Below are positions 13,726 to 26,782 of a DNA stretch of 64,000 nt, piece by piece. The stretch is from an uncultured delta proteobacterium (lineage in GTDB: Bacteria > Desulfobacterota > Zymogenia > Zymogenales > Zymogenaceae), in assembly GCA_963735595.1 (NCBI GenBank), contig CAVTLK010000001.1, positions 512,001 to 576,000 on the forward strand. Reading direction: 5' to 3'. A program made the position numbers and the translations under genes. Numbering within the stretch: position 1 is the stretch's first letter; every line of letters begins with the position of its first letter. The notes beneath the pieces were generated by a model. That model was not told the DNA's origin, searched no databases, and was given only the letters and a program-made list of their open reading frames with translations.

Positions 13726-14817
13726 CTATGACCGTACTCTCAGCAACAGATATCCGCCCGCGATCGCAAACAGGACGTTGGCCGTCCAGGCCGCAACAAT
13801 CGGCGGCAGGTTCCCCCCGTGTCCGAGAGCAACACAGATCGAGAAGATCACCCAGTAAAGGTAACCGACACCAACGCGAGATCACTACTCCCGTGCCCAG
13901 CCCACCCTTCCTTCCTACCATGAGTGCAAAGGGCGTCGCAATCAACGACATAATCAGACACGCAAGTGGGTACGACAGCTTTGCCTGCATGTCAACCCGA
14001 TACCGTGTCGTGTCATATCCCTTTTTCTCAAGGTTATCCGCGTACATCGACAGCTCTCGATACGACATCTTTGCGGCGTCTTTCTCGAAGGCGATCTTGA
14101 AGTCATCCGGCGTCTCTTTTATCGATACGTAGCGTATCGGGTACTTCATGGTGGAAAATGAGCTCGTTCCCGTGAAATCATTTTCAATGACGTTGTAAAA
14201 TATCCACCGTCCGTTTTTCCATACCGCCCGGTCGGCAATGATCCGCTTCTTTAGCTGAAATCCATCATCGAACATGTAGATCGTTATTCTTTCGATGGTG
14301 CTATCCTGCGGAATAAACTGATCTATATTGTAGATCGTATTTTCGTCGCGCACCCATATCTTGTCCAGACGGTATTGCACCCCGGGACCGATCTTCTTCT
14401 TCTTGATCTTGACGTCTTTAATGTATTCGTTATAACTATTCGACTTGCGGCACGACGTACTCGTTTCCGAGATAGGACATGATACTCAATAACGCCGCCA
14501 TTATCAGGACCGGCCTGATAATGAAGCCGTGGCTTATCCCGCCGGACATCATCGCGATAGTCTCCAGGTTTCTACCCATGAGACCCAGGGAAACGAAGGT
14601 GGCAAGCATTATGGCCATTGGAAGCGTCAGGAACAGGACGTAGGGCAATTTAGTCAGGAAGAAGACGATGACTAAGTTCAAAGGCACGGGATTTTCAATG
14701 ATGTTTCCTATGTTATCGAATATATCTACGACTAAAAAGAGCATCACGAATGCCGCAATCGAGAGCAGCAGATACAGGAATAAATTGTTTTACGATGTAT
14801 TTCGTTAGTATTTTCAT
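13726..14817 (-). CDS. lptG: LPS export ABC permease LptG (frameshifted)
   Basis: LPMAIMLAT...L.RNLE.IA..SGGIS, ADRAVW..GRW, KLSYPLACLIM.LIA.PF; ATGA overlap with lptF. Confidence 0.8.
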
Positions 14818-16062
14818 CGGGACATGCGCTCCATAATCCTGCTAGTATACTCGGATACCGTGCTATAGATCGTAGTAATAAAAACCGGTTTTTCCTTCGC
14901 GGCCTTTAGGAAGAGGTATAATCCCGATCCACCAAGAACCACGTTTCCGAACCACAGCGAGAGACAGGGGAGGAATCGCGCCGTTCTTTCCGAGCACCTC
15001 GCCCGCGGCCATGAAGATATAGTAGATAAATATAACCAGGATCACCAAGACGAAATTGCCCGACTTTCCCTTCGGGTTGATTTGAACGCTCAGCGGGATT
15101 CCGAGGATCATAAAGACGATACAGGCAAACGGTATCGCGAAGTATTCTTGATATCTCAACCTGTTTCTTCCGTATATTACGATTCGTACTGTACAACCAG
15201 TATCCGGTTTTTTTCCGACGGGTGCTTTTTCGTATTCCTCCTCCAGGCCGACGAGGTTATCCCTCAACCCGTCGATGGAGGCCCTCAGTTCGTCGAGCGT
15301 CATCTCTTGATTTCTCTTGTTCTCTTCGTCTTCCTCCCTCCTCTCCGAATAGATTAAGGTTCATGTTGTATTTGTTAAAGACGATGATTTGATCTGAATC
15401 GGTGTATTTATTGGAAAGGAGGATAGACCCGTTACTCAGGCTGATCGTGAGGTACTGGCTCGTCTCGTCGGAGGTGAGATACCCCTCCTGCGCGATGATG
15501 GTGATGGCCCGGTCTACATTGGTGTCATCAAAGACCAGGATCCCGTAGAGGTGATTTGATCGGATCGGTATGCGGTCGACGTATATGATCCTTCCCGCCA
15601 GATCGTTGAAGACCTTTTCCTCTATGCCGACGTTGATTTGTGTGCGCAGAACCGAAACGACAAATCTCCTGAGATGGAAGTTGCTGGTCGGCGTCACGAA
15701 GATCGTCAGGTATGATGTTAAAACCCAGGCGAAGATCGAAAAGATAAGCACGGGACGCAAGAGCTGATAGAGACTTACGCCCGACGACTTGAGGGCGATA
15801 ATCTCGTAATCGTGGACGCGCGGCCGAACGTAAGGATAACGGCCGAGCGCCAGCGACATCGGAATGGTAAAGACCAGGAAAAAGGGAAGCATTAATCCGA
15901 AGAACTTAACAATAGTAAATACAGACATCCCCTTGTTGACGATCAGGTCGGCCAATTGGAAGGTACTTCCCCGTCAGCAGGATGAAGCTGAATATGAATT
16001 ATACCGACGATGAAATTCGTGATGAGCTCAAGGAGGAGATATTTGGAGATAGTTTTCTGCAT
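14814..16062 (-). CDS. lptF: LPS export ABC permease LptF (frameshifted)
   Basis: MQKTISKYLL start, DYEIIALKSSGVSLYQLLRP, FAIPFACIVF.ILGIPL. Confidence 0.8.
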
Positions 16063-16388
16063 AGCGTTTCATTGTATCCGAATGTGGGATCAATGTAAAT
16101 AGAATTCTCCCTGACCGAGTGCGATTGCTATGGCACTCTTCCTGACGTAAAGCGGTTTGGAAGCAAGAAGGATACACTCGGTCGAGAGGGTAGTCAATAA
16201 GACCCCGAAAAAGGTTATGCCAATCGGCCCGCGGCAGCCATCCGGGCCGCACACATCTCTCATCGGTACCCGCTGTCTCGACGGATCGGCATATCGAAAG
16301 CCCCGACGAATGTGTCGGGTAATTACGGTCCGGGGCTGGAGGGGTAATATCGCCAGTCCCGCCGCCGGTCGTCACGCGTGCCCGTATC

Positions 16389-16799
16389 CTACTCGATATG
16401 GACTTCCATCGCCCTGGGCGGACACGCCGAAACGCAGAGCTCACAGCCGCTGCACATATTCGGACGCAAAAGATAACTTCCATCGTTTCTCGATTTATTG
16501 ACAGCGCCCCTGTCGGACAGATCGCCGTACAGGCTCCGCAGTGCGTACATTTCTCTTCGTCCCGTTCTGATGTCCTGCTCGATCGACTCAATCGTTACGC
16601 CGCACTCTTTCAGGTATTCGATACCGTCTCTGCAGTCGCCATCGGAACCCTCGATCTCCAGGACCATAAAGCTCTCGCGCTTTGGAAGCACATTGGCCTT
16701 GAGGATATTAAGGATCAGGTTGAAATCCTTGATCAGCCGATAGATAATCGGTTTATCCCAGATTTCCCGCGAAAAATGGAGCACAATCTTTCTTTTCAT
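16389..16799 (-). CDS. NIL domain plus 2x[4Fe-4S] ferredoxin protein (frameshifted)
   Basis: KPIIYRLIKDFNL..NILKA NIL motif; CTHCGACTAICP and CSGCELCVSACP in different frames. Confidence 0.85.
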   Translation of the reverse strand: MKRKIVLHFSREIWDKPIIYRLIKDFNLILNILKANVLPKRESFMVLEIEGSDGDCRDGIEYLKECGVTIESIEQDIRTGRREMYALRSLYGDLSDRGAVNKSRNDGSYLLRPNMCSGCELCVSACPPRAMEVHIE

Positions 16800-16949
16800 C
16801 TGATTCCCGTACGAAGCTAAGTCTTTTATTATACTATAACAGGACAGCCACGGCAAGGGATTACGTTACACGAGATAATTGAAAAAAGGGTTTTCGACGC
16901 CCGACAAATGTGTTATAATTCGCGCCATCCTATATAACTCGGTGGTAAG

Positions 16950-17402
16950 ATGAATCGGAGTATCGTATTCGTTTCTATCCTACTGGTCCTGGCTTTCGGC
17001 TGCATAAACGCCGCAGCCGCGGGCATCGTCCAGAAGATCGTTACTGTTTCCATCCCTAAGGATTATCGATCGGCGGAGGCCTATAAGGTCGAATTCGTGA
17101 TCCCCGAGGGAGCAATGGCATTTAACTTCACGCTCTGGGGAGTTAACAGGAACTGGGGAATTGTTGACATCTCGGGCGGCGCGAATAAGGACGTCTATTC
17201 ATCCGCCGGCGAGGGGGCGTATGGTGATGGACACGCCACCGATACGGAGTCTTCAGAGCGGGTTACCGATCCGCCGCCCGAAACGGGCACGGCCGACCCC
17301 CTGTCCAGGCTTACACTTCTTCCGGGTACCTATATCGTCTGGATGGAGGGAAATCCCGGGGCCAGTATGACGCTCCAATATAACCTCAAGACGCCACGCT
17401 GA
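16950..17402 (+). CDS. Hypothetical secreted protein
   Basis: 150-aa intact ORF, signal peptide ending AAAA, upstream TGnTATAAT. Confidence 0.65.
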   Translation: MNRSIVFVSILLVLAFGCINAAAAGIVQKIVTVSIPKDYRSAEAYKVEFVIPEGAMAFNFTLWGVNRNWGIVDISGGANKDVYSSAGEGAYGDGHATDTESSERVTDPPPETGTADPLSRLTLLPGTYIVWMEGNPGASMTLQYNLKTPR

Positions 17403-17921
17403 TCACTGATACTTCTTCATTGCCTCTACTACTTCGGGAAGGGTGAATCGTTCCTTGCCCGATAGGTAGCGGCGCGAAAGCTCGAAATAGACCAGCGCCG
17501 ATTGCATGATGACGTTCCTATCCGCCTTCCCTTCCCGTATGACTGCGGGGACCCCCAGCACAAGGGAGCCGTCCGGTATCTGCATCCCCGGTGGCACTAC
17601 GCATCCCCCCGCGATGATACAGTTGTCGCCTACCCGTGCGTTATCCAGAACCGTGCTGTTCATACCGACGATGACGTTATTGCCGATCGTACAGCCGTGA
17701 AGCACCGCACAGTGTCCCACCGTCACGTAGTTGCCGACATTCGTCTTCAGGGCCGGCGTGGCATGAAGCACCGCGTTGTCCTGGATGCTCGAATAATCGC
17801 CGACGGCTATTGCGTTGAAATCCCCCCGTATAACGGCCCCCGGCCAGATGCTTGAGTTGTCGCCGATAGTCACGTCGCCGATGATGACCGCTGTTTTGTG
17901 TATAAAGGTCGTATTATTCAT
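17403..17921 (-). CDS. Gamma-carbonic anhydrase family (hexapeptide repeat)
   Basis: IGDVTIG..SSIW..AVIRGD, IQDN..LH, TVGH..LHGC. Confidence 0.9.
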   Translation of the reverse strand: MNNTTFIHKTAVIIGDVTIGDNSSIWPGAVIRGDFNAIAVGDYSSIQDNAVLHATPALKTNVGNYVTVGHCAVLHGCTIGNNVIVGMNSTVLDNARVGDNCIIAGGCVVPPGMQIPDGSLVLGVPAVIREGKADRNVIMQSALVYFELSRRYLSGKERFTLPEVVEAMKKYQ

Positions 17922-18840
17922 TATCGTCTCGCCCAATACTGCCTCGAATATCATCAAGCACTGCGATTCCGTTTTCGTTCATGAAAGATTCTATCCCGTC
18001 GATCACACCGACCATCGCCGCCGGGTCAACGAAGTTTGCCGTGCCGACCTGGACGGCCCGTGCGCCGGCCATGAGAAACTCCACGGCGTCCTGCCCGGTC
18101 ATGATCCCCCCAATTCCGATGACCGGAATTTCGAGGACCTGGGCCGCCTCCCAGACCAGGCGGAGCGCCACCGGCTTGATCGCCGGGCCCGAGAGCCCCG
18201 CCCTGCCCTTCTTGAAAAACGGCCTTCTGGCCTTCACGTCAATGGCCATTCCCATAAGCGTGTTGATGAGGGAGACGGCGTCTGCGCCGGCGTCCTGGGC
18301 CGCTTGGGCCACGGGCCTGATATCGGTGACGTTGGGGGTGAGTTTTGCGATGGTCGGCTTCATGGACGCGCCCTTGACCTCGCGCACGACGGTTTGTACC
18401 AACGCAGGATCAGTGCCGAAGGCCAGCCCCCCCTTGTCCACGTTGGGGCATGAGAGGTTCACCTCGAGAGCGGCCACACCCTCGACGCCGAGGAAGCATT
18501 CGGCGGTACGCGTATACTCCTCTATCGACTCGCCGTAGACATTGACGATGACCCGCGTATCATAGTTCCTCAGCTCGGGCAGGACTTCCCGGATGAAGCG
18601 GTGCGCTCCGATGTTCTGGACGCCGATGGAGTTGAGCAGCCCCGAGGCTGTTTCAAACAGACGCGGGGGGTCGTTTCCCTGCCTCGGCTCGATGGAGATC
18701 CCCTTGGTAACCACGGCCCCGATTCGATCGAGGTCGATATACTCGGCGATCTCGACGCCATACCCGACGGTGCCCGAGGCGCCCATGACCGGGTTCTTGA
18801 ACGTCACGCCGAACATCTCCACCGAAAGGTCCGGTTTCAT
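17914..18840 (-). CDS. pyrD: Dihydroorotate dehydrogenase, class 1B catalytic subunit
   Basis: NPV..ASGT, NLSCPN, KLTPNVTD, INTL.G, GLSGPAIKP. Confidence 0.95.
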   Translation of the reverse strand: MKPDLSVEMFGVTFKNPVMGASGTVGYGVEIAEYIDLDRIGAVVTKGISIEPRQGNDPPRLFETASGLLNSIGVQNIGAHRFIREVLPELRNYDTRVIVNVYGESIEEYTRTAECFLGVEGVAALEVNLSCPNVDKGGLAFGTDPALVQTVVREVKGASMKPTIAKLTPNVTDIRPVAQAAQDAGADAVSLINTLMGMAIDVKARRPFFKKGRAGLSGPAIKPVALRLVWEAAQVLEIPVIGIGGIMTGQDAVEFLMAGARAVQVGTANFVDPAAMVGVIDGIESFMNENGIAVLDDIRGSIGRDDNE

Positions 18841-19598
18841 AGGCTGTCCCAGTCGATATCGGTTACGTTAAACACCGGGCCGTCTTTGCAGACGTGGACG
18901 TACCGGCCGTCCGTATGGCGCACCGCGCAACCGAGGCAGACCCCGATCCCGCAGGCCATCCGCTCTTCAAACGAGACATAGGCCTCGAATCCGACTTCGG
19001 CCGACAGACGCGCGATTTCGGCCAGCATTCCGTTCGGGCCGCAGGCATAGACGAGATCGCCCTTCCCGACGTGCGTGGCCAGCTCCGAGACCGCCGTCCC
19101 CCTTTCTCCGTGGCTCCCGTCTTCGGTCACCCAGACCGTTTCGATACCCAGTCCTCGCGTCTCATCGGAAATAAAGAGCACATCATTACGGGTCTTCCCG
19201 CCGATAACCAAGAGCGGCCGCGCATCCATCGATTCCGCGAGGGCTACCAGCGGAGGCGCCCCGATCCCGCCGGCTACCAGGATGACCCTCCGCTTTCCGT
19301 CCGGCCGCGGGAACGGTTTACCAAGCGGTCCGGTGACGTCAATGGTCAGACCCGCCTTCATCTCCGATAGCCTGCGGGTCCCCTTTCCCGTAATCCGGTA
19401 GATAATCCGGACTTGGCCGTCCTCGGGGTGGAGCCGGCAGATAGACAGCGGCCTTGCCAGTAGCGGGTCCGTCCCCCAGTCACCCCGAACCATGAGAAAC
19501 TGCCCCGGTTCCCCCCCGAAGGCATCCCCCATCCCCGAGAGCGTCATTGAGAAATAGAGGGGAACAAGCTCCCTATTCTGCTTAATTGTCGCCTTCAT
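18837..19598 (-). CDS. pyrK: Dihydroorotate dehydrogenase electron-transfer subunit
   Basis: PGQF, RPLS, GPLG, GGIG.PP, CGP..M, MACGIGVCLGC...VCKDGPVF. Confidence 0.93.
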   Translation of the reverse strand: MKATIKQNRELVPLYFSMTLSGMGDAFGGEPGQFLMVRGDWGTDPLLARPLSICRLHPEDGQVRIIYRITGKGTRRLSEMKAGLTIDVTGPLGKPFPRPDGKRRVILVAGGIGAPPLVALAESMDARPLLVIGGKTRNDVLFISDETRGLGIETVWVTEDGSHGERGTAVSELATHVGKGDLVYACGPNGMLAEIARLSAEVGFEAYVSFEERMACGIGVCLGCAVRHTDGRYVHVCKDGPVFNVTDIDWDSL

Positions 19599-21804
19599 AG
19601 ACCGCCCGATAGATGCTCTCGGTGTTGAGTATCCGCTTGACGTACGCCCTCGTCTCGGAAAACGGGATAGCCTCGATAAACTCATCCATCTCCGTCTCCG
19701 GGTCCCGGTTCTTGATCCACTTGCGCGCGTTTCCCGGACCGGCATTATAGCCGCAGAGGGCATAGACCTTTTCCCCGTCGAAATCGGTCATGAGCCCCGA
19801 CAGGTAGTATATTCCGAACCTGACGTTGGTTCGATAGTCTTTCAGGTCATCGACCGCAAAGTCGGCAACGCCCAACTCCGCGGCGATTGACTTACCGGTC
19901 GCCGGCATGATCTGCATGAGGCCGACGGCCCCGGCCCATGAAATTACCCGCGGCTGGAACAGGCTCTCTTCCCTGATGACGGAGTAGACAAAGGAGGTCT
20001 CGATACCGAATTCCTTGGCAAACCGCTCGACCTCTTTCCTGTATCCCTCGGGGTATCTCATTTGCCAGTAGACATCGTTTATACCCGGCTGATAGCCGGA
20101 GAAGAAATGCGAGAAGTGCCTGGCGGCCATGAGAATCGGCGTGTAGTAATCCCCGGAGTATCGTAACAGGCGCGCCACTTCGATCAAGAGATCGGGATCG
20201 CCCACGCACCGGTCAACCACCAGCTCGATCTCGGTCGCCGCATCGGCGTCCATGTTCATGGTCATGAGCTCCAGCGCCCTGGTAAGGTGGGAGGTTATCC
20301 GCACGTCCGAGGTAAAGGCGTCGTACCGGCCGAAGTCCTTTGTCCAGAACCCTTCGTCGAATGTCTCCTTTTTGGCGACCCTTTCCACGTGTATGCCCAG
20401 CGCCTCGAGCCGCCGCTCGGCCTGATAGCTGTAATACGTGGTAATATAGTTTTTACGGATCGTCTTGAAGATATCGATTGCCTCCGGCGTCCTCCCCGTC
20501 TTTTCCATCGTCCGCGCCTTCCAGTAGAGGTACTGCGGATAGTCGGACTTATCCCGGTAGTTCCTGGCCATCCGGTCAAAGTACTCCCCGGCGCGGGCGT
20601 AGTCCTTCTTCGTGTAGTAGAGCCATCCGATGTACCAGAGGACGCTTTTGACCTCTTCGCCTCGGGAATAGGTGGCAAGATAGGTCTCGTAGTATCGTAT
20701 CGCCTCGTCGTATCGCTTCATCTCCTCCAGCGTCCGCGCCGCCAGGTACAGCGAGTCATCGGCAAGGGAATCGGTCGGGTATGTGCGAAAAACGTCAAGG
20801 TAATAGCCGACGGCGGTATCGTCTTTCTCGAGCCGATCGTAGGTACGCGCGCGCCAGTACAACAGCTCGGCCGCCGGAATGGCGCCGCGGTTGGCGATGA
20901 GGGCCTCGAACAGCGCCCGGGCGCTCTCATAACGGGACGATCTGAAGTACGCCTTCGCCTTGAGGTACTCGATTTCCCGGGCGACGTTCGCGGGAAGGGC
21001 CGCTCCGTTGGTTTTCAGGAGGGCCGGTAATTGAGCCGCGGCCGCGATAACGCCGTCGTAGTCGCCGGCGGCGTAGAGATTATCGAGCCGTTTCTTTAGC
21101 TCGGCGAGTGTCAGGCCCTCCGTCGTTCCCAGGCGGTTTATACCAACGAATGCGTCGGCCGCGGCTGCGCTTGCCGGGTAGTTGACCCATACCTGTTTGT
21201 AAATCGCCAGGGCTTCGTTCTTCTTGCCCGACTCTTCCATGGCCTTACCCTTCAGGAACAGAATCGTCGGGTAGTTATCGGACTTCTTATTCTCGGACAG
21301 GAAAGCATCGTAGACCGACAGGGCCTTTTCGTAATTGCCCATTTTTGCATGGTAGTCACCGATCATGACGCTTGCGTCGGCAAACCAGATACTGTCCGGA
21401 TAAGACTCCATAAGACGCTCCGCCGTTGAAAAGGCCGCCACGGTATCGCCGCCGAGGAAATAGGCCCGGGAGAGGCGATACAGGACGTGATCTTCCAGTT
21501 TCCTGTAATGATCCCGACAGAATTCGAAATACTTTTGGGCGGCCTCATAATCTTTGCTGTACATCGCGGCCATACCCGCCATAAAGGCGATCTTGTCCGC
21601 CTGGTCTGAGGGCAGCGAAGACAGGTCCAGGGAATCGACCTCCTTCAGGAGCGTCTGGTAGTCGCCGGACGACATGAGCGCCGTACACGCCAGAAACTCG
21701 TCACCCGGCGCGAACCGCGGAATTTTTATGGCGCAGGCGAACTGAAAGAGGATAAAGAGGACGAGGTACCCTGCGATTACCAGCACGTAATGGATTTTTT
21801 TCAT
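19582..21804 (-). CDS. TPR-containing soluble lytic transglycosylase (Slt70-like)
   Basis: Multiple TPRs; IREES, AVGLMQIMP.T, YNAGPG, ETRAYV. Confidence 0.9.
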   Translation of the reverse strand: MKKIHYVLVIAGYLVLFILFQFACAIKIPRFAPGDEFLACTALMSSGDYQTLLKEVDSLDLSSLPSDQADKIAFMAGMAAMYSKDYEAAQKYFEFCRDHYRKLEDHVLYRLSRAYFLGGDTVAAFSTAERLMESYPDSIWFADASVMIGDYHAKMGNYEKALSVYDAFLSENKKSDNYPTILFLKGKAMEESGKKNEALAIYKQVWVNYPASAAAADAFVGINRLGTTEGLTLAELKKRLDNLYAAGDYDGVIAAAAQLPALLKTNGAALPANVAREIEYLKAKAYFRSSRYESARALFEALIANRGAIPAAELLYWRARTYDRLEKDDTAVGYYLDVFRTYPTDSLADDSLYLAARTLEEMKRYDEAIRYYETYLATYSRGEEVKSVLWYIGWLYYTKKDYARAGEYFDRMARNYRDKSDYPQYLYWKARTMEKTGRTPEAIDIFKTIRKNYITTYYSYQAERRLEALGIHVERVAKKETFDEGFWTKDFGRYDAFTSDVRITSHLTRALELMTMNMDADAATEIELVVDRCVGDPDLLIEVARLLRYSGDYYTPILMAARHFSHFFSGYQPGINDVYWQMRYPEGYRKEVERFAKEFGIETSFVYSVIREESLFQPRVISWAGAVGLMQIMPATGKSIAAELGVADFAVDDLKDYRTNVRFGIYYLSGLMTDFDGEKVYALCGYNAGPGNARKWIKNRDPETEMDEFIEAIPFSETRAYVKRILNTESIYRAVYEGDN

Positions 21805-22487
21805 TGTTTTGTATGCGATTCCTTTCTGAGCCGGTTGACCAGCATATGCGCCCGTCTGACCGGCTCCGGTATACGATACCGGGTCGTGCATGCAAGAACA
21901 AGCTTGACGGCGGATTTTGCCGAGATCAAATGCCCGGGAGACACGAAGATCGGCTTGGTCCCCTCCTTCGACCTGACCACATATCCGACGTTTCGGCTGT
22001 TATAAATGAGCGCGGTATCGCTGCCCCGTTCGCTCCCGACATCCCCGTATTCGCCCACCAGCCGGGTTTTGGCCGATCCCACGGTCGGGATACCGAGCAG
22101 GATCCCCATATGGGCGGCAAGCCCCAACCCCCTCGGATGGGCGATCCCCTGACCGTCGAAGATGACCGCGTCCGGCACGGTGGAGAGCTTCTCGAAGGCG
22201 GCCAGCATTACCGGCCCCTCCCTGAACGAGAGAAACCCCGGGACATACGGAAACGAGACCGGGCCGATGTGATGCGCCTCTTCGATGATCTCAAGCGTCC
22301 CGGCGTCCATCAGGACGACGCCCGCAAAGAAAGTCAGCCCGCGCCTTTCGTACGAAACATCGGCCCCGGCTACGATCCTGATCCTCCGGGTGTCTCCTGA
22401 AAGCACCAGCTCATCCCTGAGCCGTTGCTGCCATCCGACGGCTTCCTGATAGGATATATCCCAGGGGTGGCGGTAATGAACGATCAC
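21801..22487 (-). CDS. nfi: Endonuclease V
   Basis: GADVSY, FPYVPGFLSFRE, DGQGIAHPR..GLA.H, P.FVSPGH, RIPEP.R.AH. Confidence 0.95.
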   Translation of the reverse strand: MIVHYRHPWDISYQEAVGWQQRLRDELVLSGDTRRIRIVAGADVSYERRGLTFFAGVVLMDAGTLEIIEEAHHIGPVSFPYVPGFLSFREGPVMLAAFEKLSTVPDAVIFDGQGIAHPRGLGLAAHMGILLGIPTVGSAKTRLVGEYGDVGSERGSDTALIYNSRNVGYVVRSKEGTKPIFVSPGHLISAKSAVKLVLACTTRYRIPEPVRRAHMLVNRLRKESHTKQ

Positions 22488-23281
22488 GAGAGCACCTTTA
22501 CCCGGTCTCCCGCGCGGGCCCCGATTTGTCGCGCGGCGCTGCCGAGGTTGACGGCAATCTCCAGAAAGCCCGTGCTCGCCGCCAGCGCGATTACCTCTCC
22601 CCGTTTCCCTCCACTATAGCTCGTATGTAGCCGATTGATTCTCACATCGCCGAGCGCTATTTCCCGCATCCCGCGCGTATCCTGGGCGCGGATATTTGTC
22701 GTGAGGTTACCGAAGCGGTCTATGTATAGGATCTCCCCTAGGATTAAGCCGTCGCTCACCTCGGGGCGAGGAAAGGGGATCAAAACGGGGTCGTCGACGA
22801 CAGGGCCCAGGGCCTCAATCGGGACGCCGGCCGACAGGTGCGCCGCCACCGGCGCGAAGATGTCCCTCCCGTGGAACGTGGCCGAGACCATCTGCCCGAT
22901 ATACTCCGATCGGGTGATCTGCCTGGTCATCACGGGCCCGATATGATGGAAGGCCCAGGAAAGGACCCCGTTATCAGGGCCGACCAGGAAGTACTCCCCT
23001 GCCCGTATCGCAATTGCCCGGCGGTCCCCGCCGACCCCGGGGTCAACGACAACGGTGTGTACGGTCCCCGTCGGAAAATGGGGTGCGCTGATAGAGAGTA
23101 TAAACGCCGCCTCCCTGATATTCTGGGGGGCTACCTCGTGGCTCAGGTCGATGACAACCGCGTCGGGGTTGATCCCGGCGATAATCCCTTTCATTATACC
23201 CGAGAAAGGGTCCCTGTGCCCGAAGTCCGTTGTCAGCGTAATTATCGGCCGATGGCTTCTCACCCGGCGCCCCCCATGCAC
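22484..23281 (-). CDS. SAM hydroxide adenosyltransferase (DUF62 family)
   Basis: TLTTDFG, VVDPGVG..R, GPDNG, TFHGRDIFAP, IDRFGN. Confidence 0.9.
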   Translation of the reverse strand: MHGGRRVRSHRPIITLTTDFGHRDPFSGIMKGIIAGINPDAVVIDLSHEVAPQNIREAAFILSISAPHFPTGTVHTVVVDPGVGGDRRAIAIRAGEYFLVGPDNGVLSWAFHHIGPVMTRQITRSEYIGQMVSATFHGRDIFAPVAAHLSAGVPIEALGPVVDDPVLIPFPRPEVSDGLILGEILYIDRFGNLTTNIRAQDTRGMREIALGDVRINRLHTSYSGGKRGEVIALAASTGFLEIAVNLGSAARQIGARAGDRVKVLS

Positions 23282-23336
23282 CGTATAAAGGGTATCATAC
23301 CGTTCGCGGCCAAGTCAAGGGGGCGAAAAGAAATAG

Positions 23337-25383
<2,047 letters not shown>

Positions 25384-25387
<4 letters not shown>

Positions 25388-25662
25388 GCGATACGGTGCG
25401 TGCGCACATCCGGATTACAGGACGGGTGCAGGGTGTCTTTTTCAGGCAGACGACGGCCCGGGAGGCGGACCTCATCGGCGTTACCGGCTGGGTCAGGAAC
25501 CTGCCCAATGGAGACGTCGAGGCGGTGGTCGAAGGAGATTCGGAAAGGGTCGATCGGCTGATCGCCTGGTGCCACCACGGTCCTCCGGCGGCTCGGGTGG
25601 ACGGCGTATCCGTCTCGTGGGAGACGGTCACCGCGGAGTTTACCCGTTTTTCGATTACATAG
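25384..25662 (+). CDS. acyP: Acylphosphatase
   Basis: [23 protein letters not shown]. Confidence 0.95.
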
Positions 25663-25783
25663 TGGCCGGCCCGGTATGGAGGAATGTACCGCCGGTATCC
25701 GACTGGTCCCGGAACTTATTCTCCGGGATACCGATCGTACGCATTCTCGTAGTGCCGACGGATCGTAATGTCTCGGTTGACCG

Positions 25784-26782
25784 ATGTCTATGAAAGAAGC
25801 CCTATTCTATGAGAAGCTCACCGATCGGCAAGTCCTCTGCCGTCTCTGCCCCCACGAGTGCCGGATTGCCGAGGGAAAGCGCGGGATCTGCGGCGTCAGG
25901 GAAAACCGGGACGGCACGCTGATCGCTCTCAGCTACGGACACCCGGCCTCCGTCCAGATGGACCCGATCGAGAAGAAACCGCTCTACCATGTGTATCCCG
26001 GTTCCCAAATCCTTTCTCTCGGCGGCGTCGGCTGCAATTTGTCCTGCGGCTTCTGCCAGAACTGGTCGCTCGTGGAGAGCCCGATACCGCGCGCGGTCGT
26101 CACCCCCGACCAGATACCCGATCTCGCGCGAAAACAGGGCGCCGTCGGTGTGGCGTGGACCTACAATGAGCCTTTCATCTGGTACGAGTATATTATGGAC
26201 GCGGGGCGGCGCGTCAAAGAGGCCGGTCTCATCAACGTGCTGGTCACCAACGGGTACGTGAATCCCGAACCGCTCGAAGAGATGCGCGGCCTCATCGACG
26301 CAATGAACATCGACCTCAAGGCGATCGATGATTCGTTCTACCGGAAAAACTGCAAAGGCCGCCTCGATCCGGTACTTGAGACGATCCGCATCGCAGACTC
26401 GATGTGCCTCGTGGAAGTCACCAACCTCATTATTCCAGGGCAGAACGATTCCCCCGACGCTATAGGTCGTCTCGTCGATTTCATCGCCTCCGTCAACAGG
26501 GACATCCCCCTTCATTTCTCCCGATATTTCCCCCACCGGTCGTTCGACGCGCCGCCGACACCCGAGGATACCCTGACCCGCGCATTTCAGGCCGCTCGGG
26601 AGCGTCTTTCGTACGTCTACCTCGGAAACGTAACGCTTGAGAATGGAAATGACACGCGCTGCCCGCGGTGCGGCGCCCAGATGGTGTCTCGACGCGGGTA
26701 TCATACGCAGGTTATTGGGATGACGGGCAACACCTGTTCGGCCTGTAACACTGCCCTTAATTTCTTAAGTCAGGAAAAGTAA
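25784..26782 (+). CDS. amrS: AmmeMemoRadiSam system radical SAM enzyme
   Basis: C.LCP..C....G..G.C.VR.N, DPIEKKPL.H..PG, CNLSCGFCQN, YNEP, PLHFSRYFP. Confidence 0.9.
   Translation: MSMKEALFYEKLTDRQVLCRLCPHECRIAEGKRGICGVRENRDGTLIALSYGHPASVQMDPIEKKPLYHVYPGSQILSLGGVGCNLSCGFCQNWSLVESPIPRAVVTPDQIPDLARKQGAVGVAWTYNEPFIWYEYIMDAGRRVKEAGLINVLVTNGYVNPEPLEEMRGLIDAMNIDLKAIDDSFYRKNCKGRLDPVLETIRIADSMCLVEVTNLIIPGQNDSPDAIGRLVDFIASVNRDIPLHFSRYFPHRSFDAPPTPEDTLTRAFQAARERLSYVYLGNVTLENGNDTRCPRCGAQMVSRRGYHTQVIGMTGNTCSACNTALNFLSQEK

Noticed and set aside
22484..23281. Fluorinase/chlorinase
   Set aside because: It keeps the Asp-Arg-His residues typical of DUF62 hydrolases (VDPGVG..R, FHGRD) and sits in a housekeeping operon.
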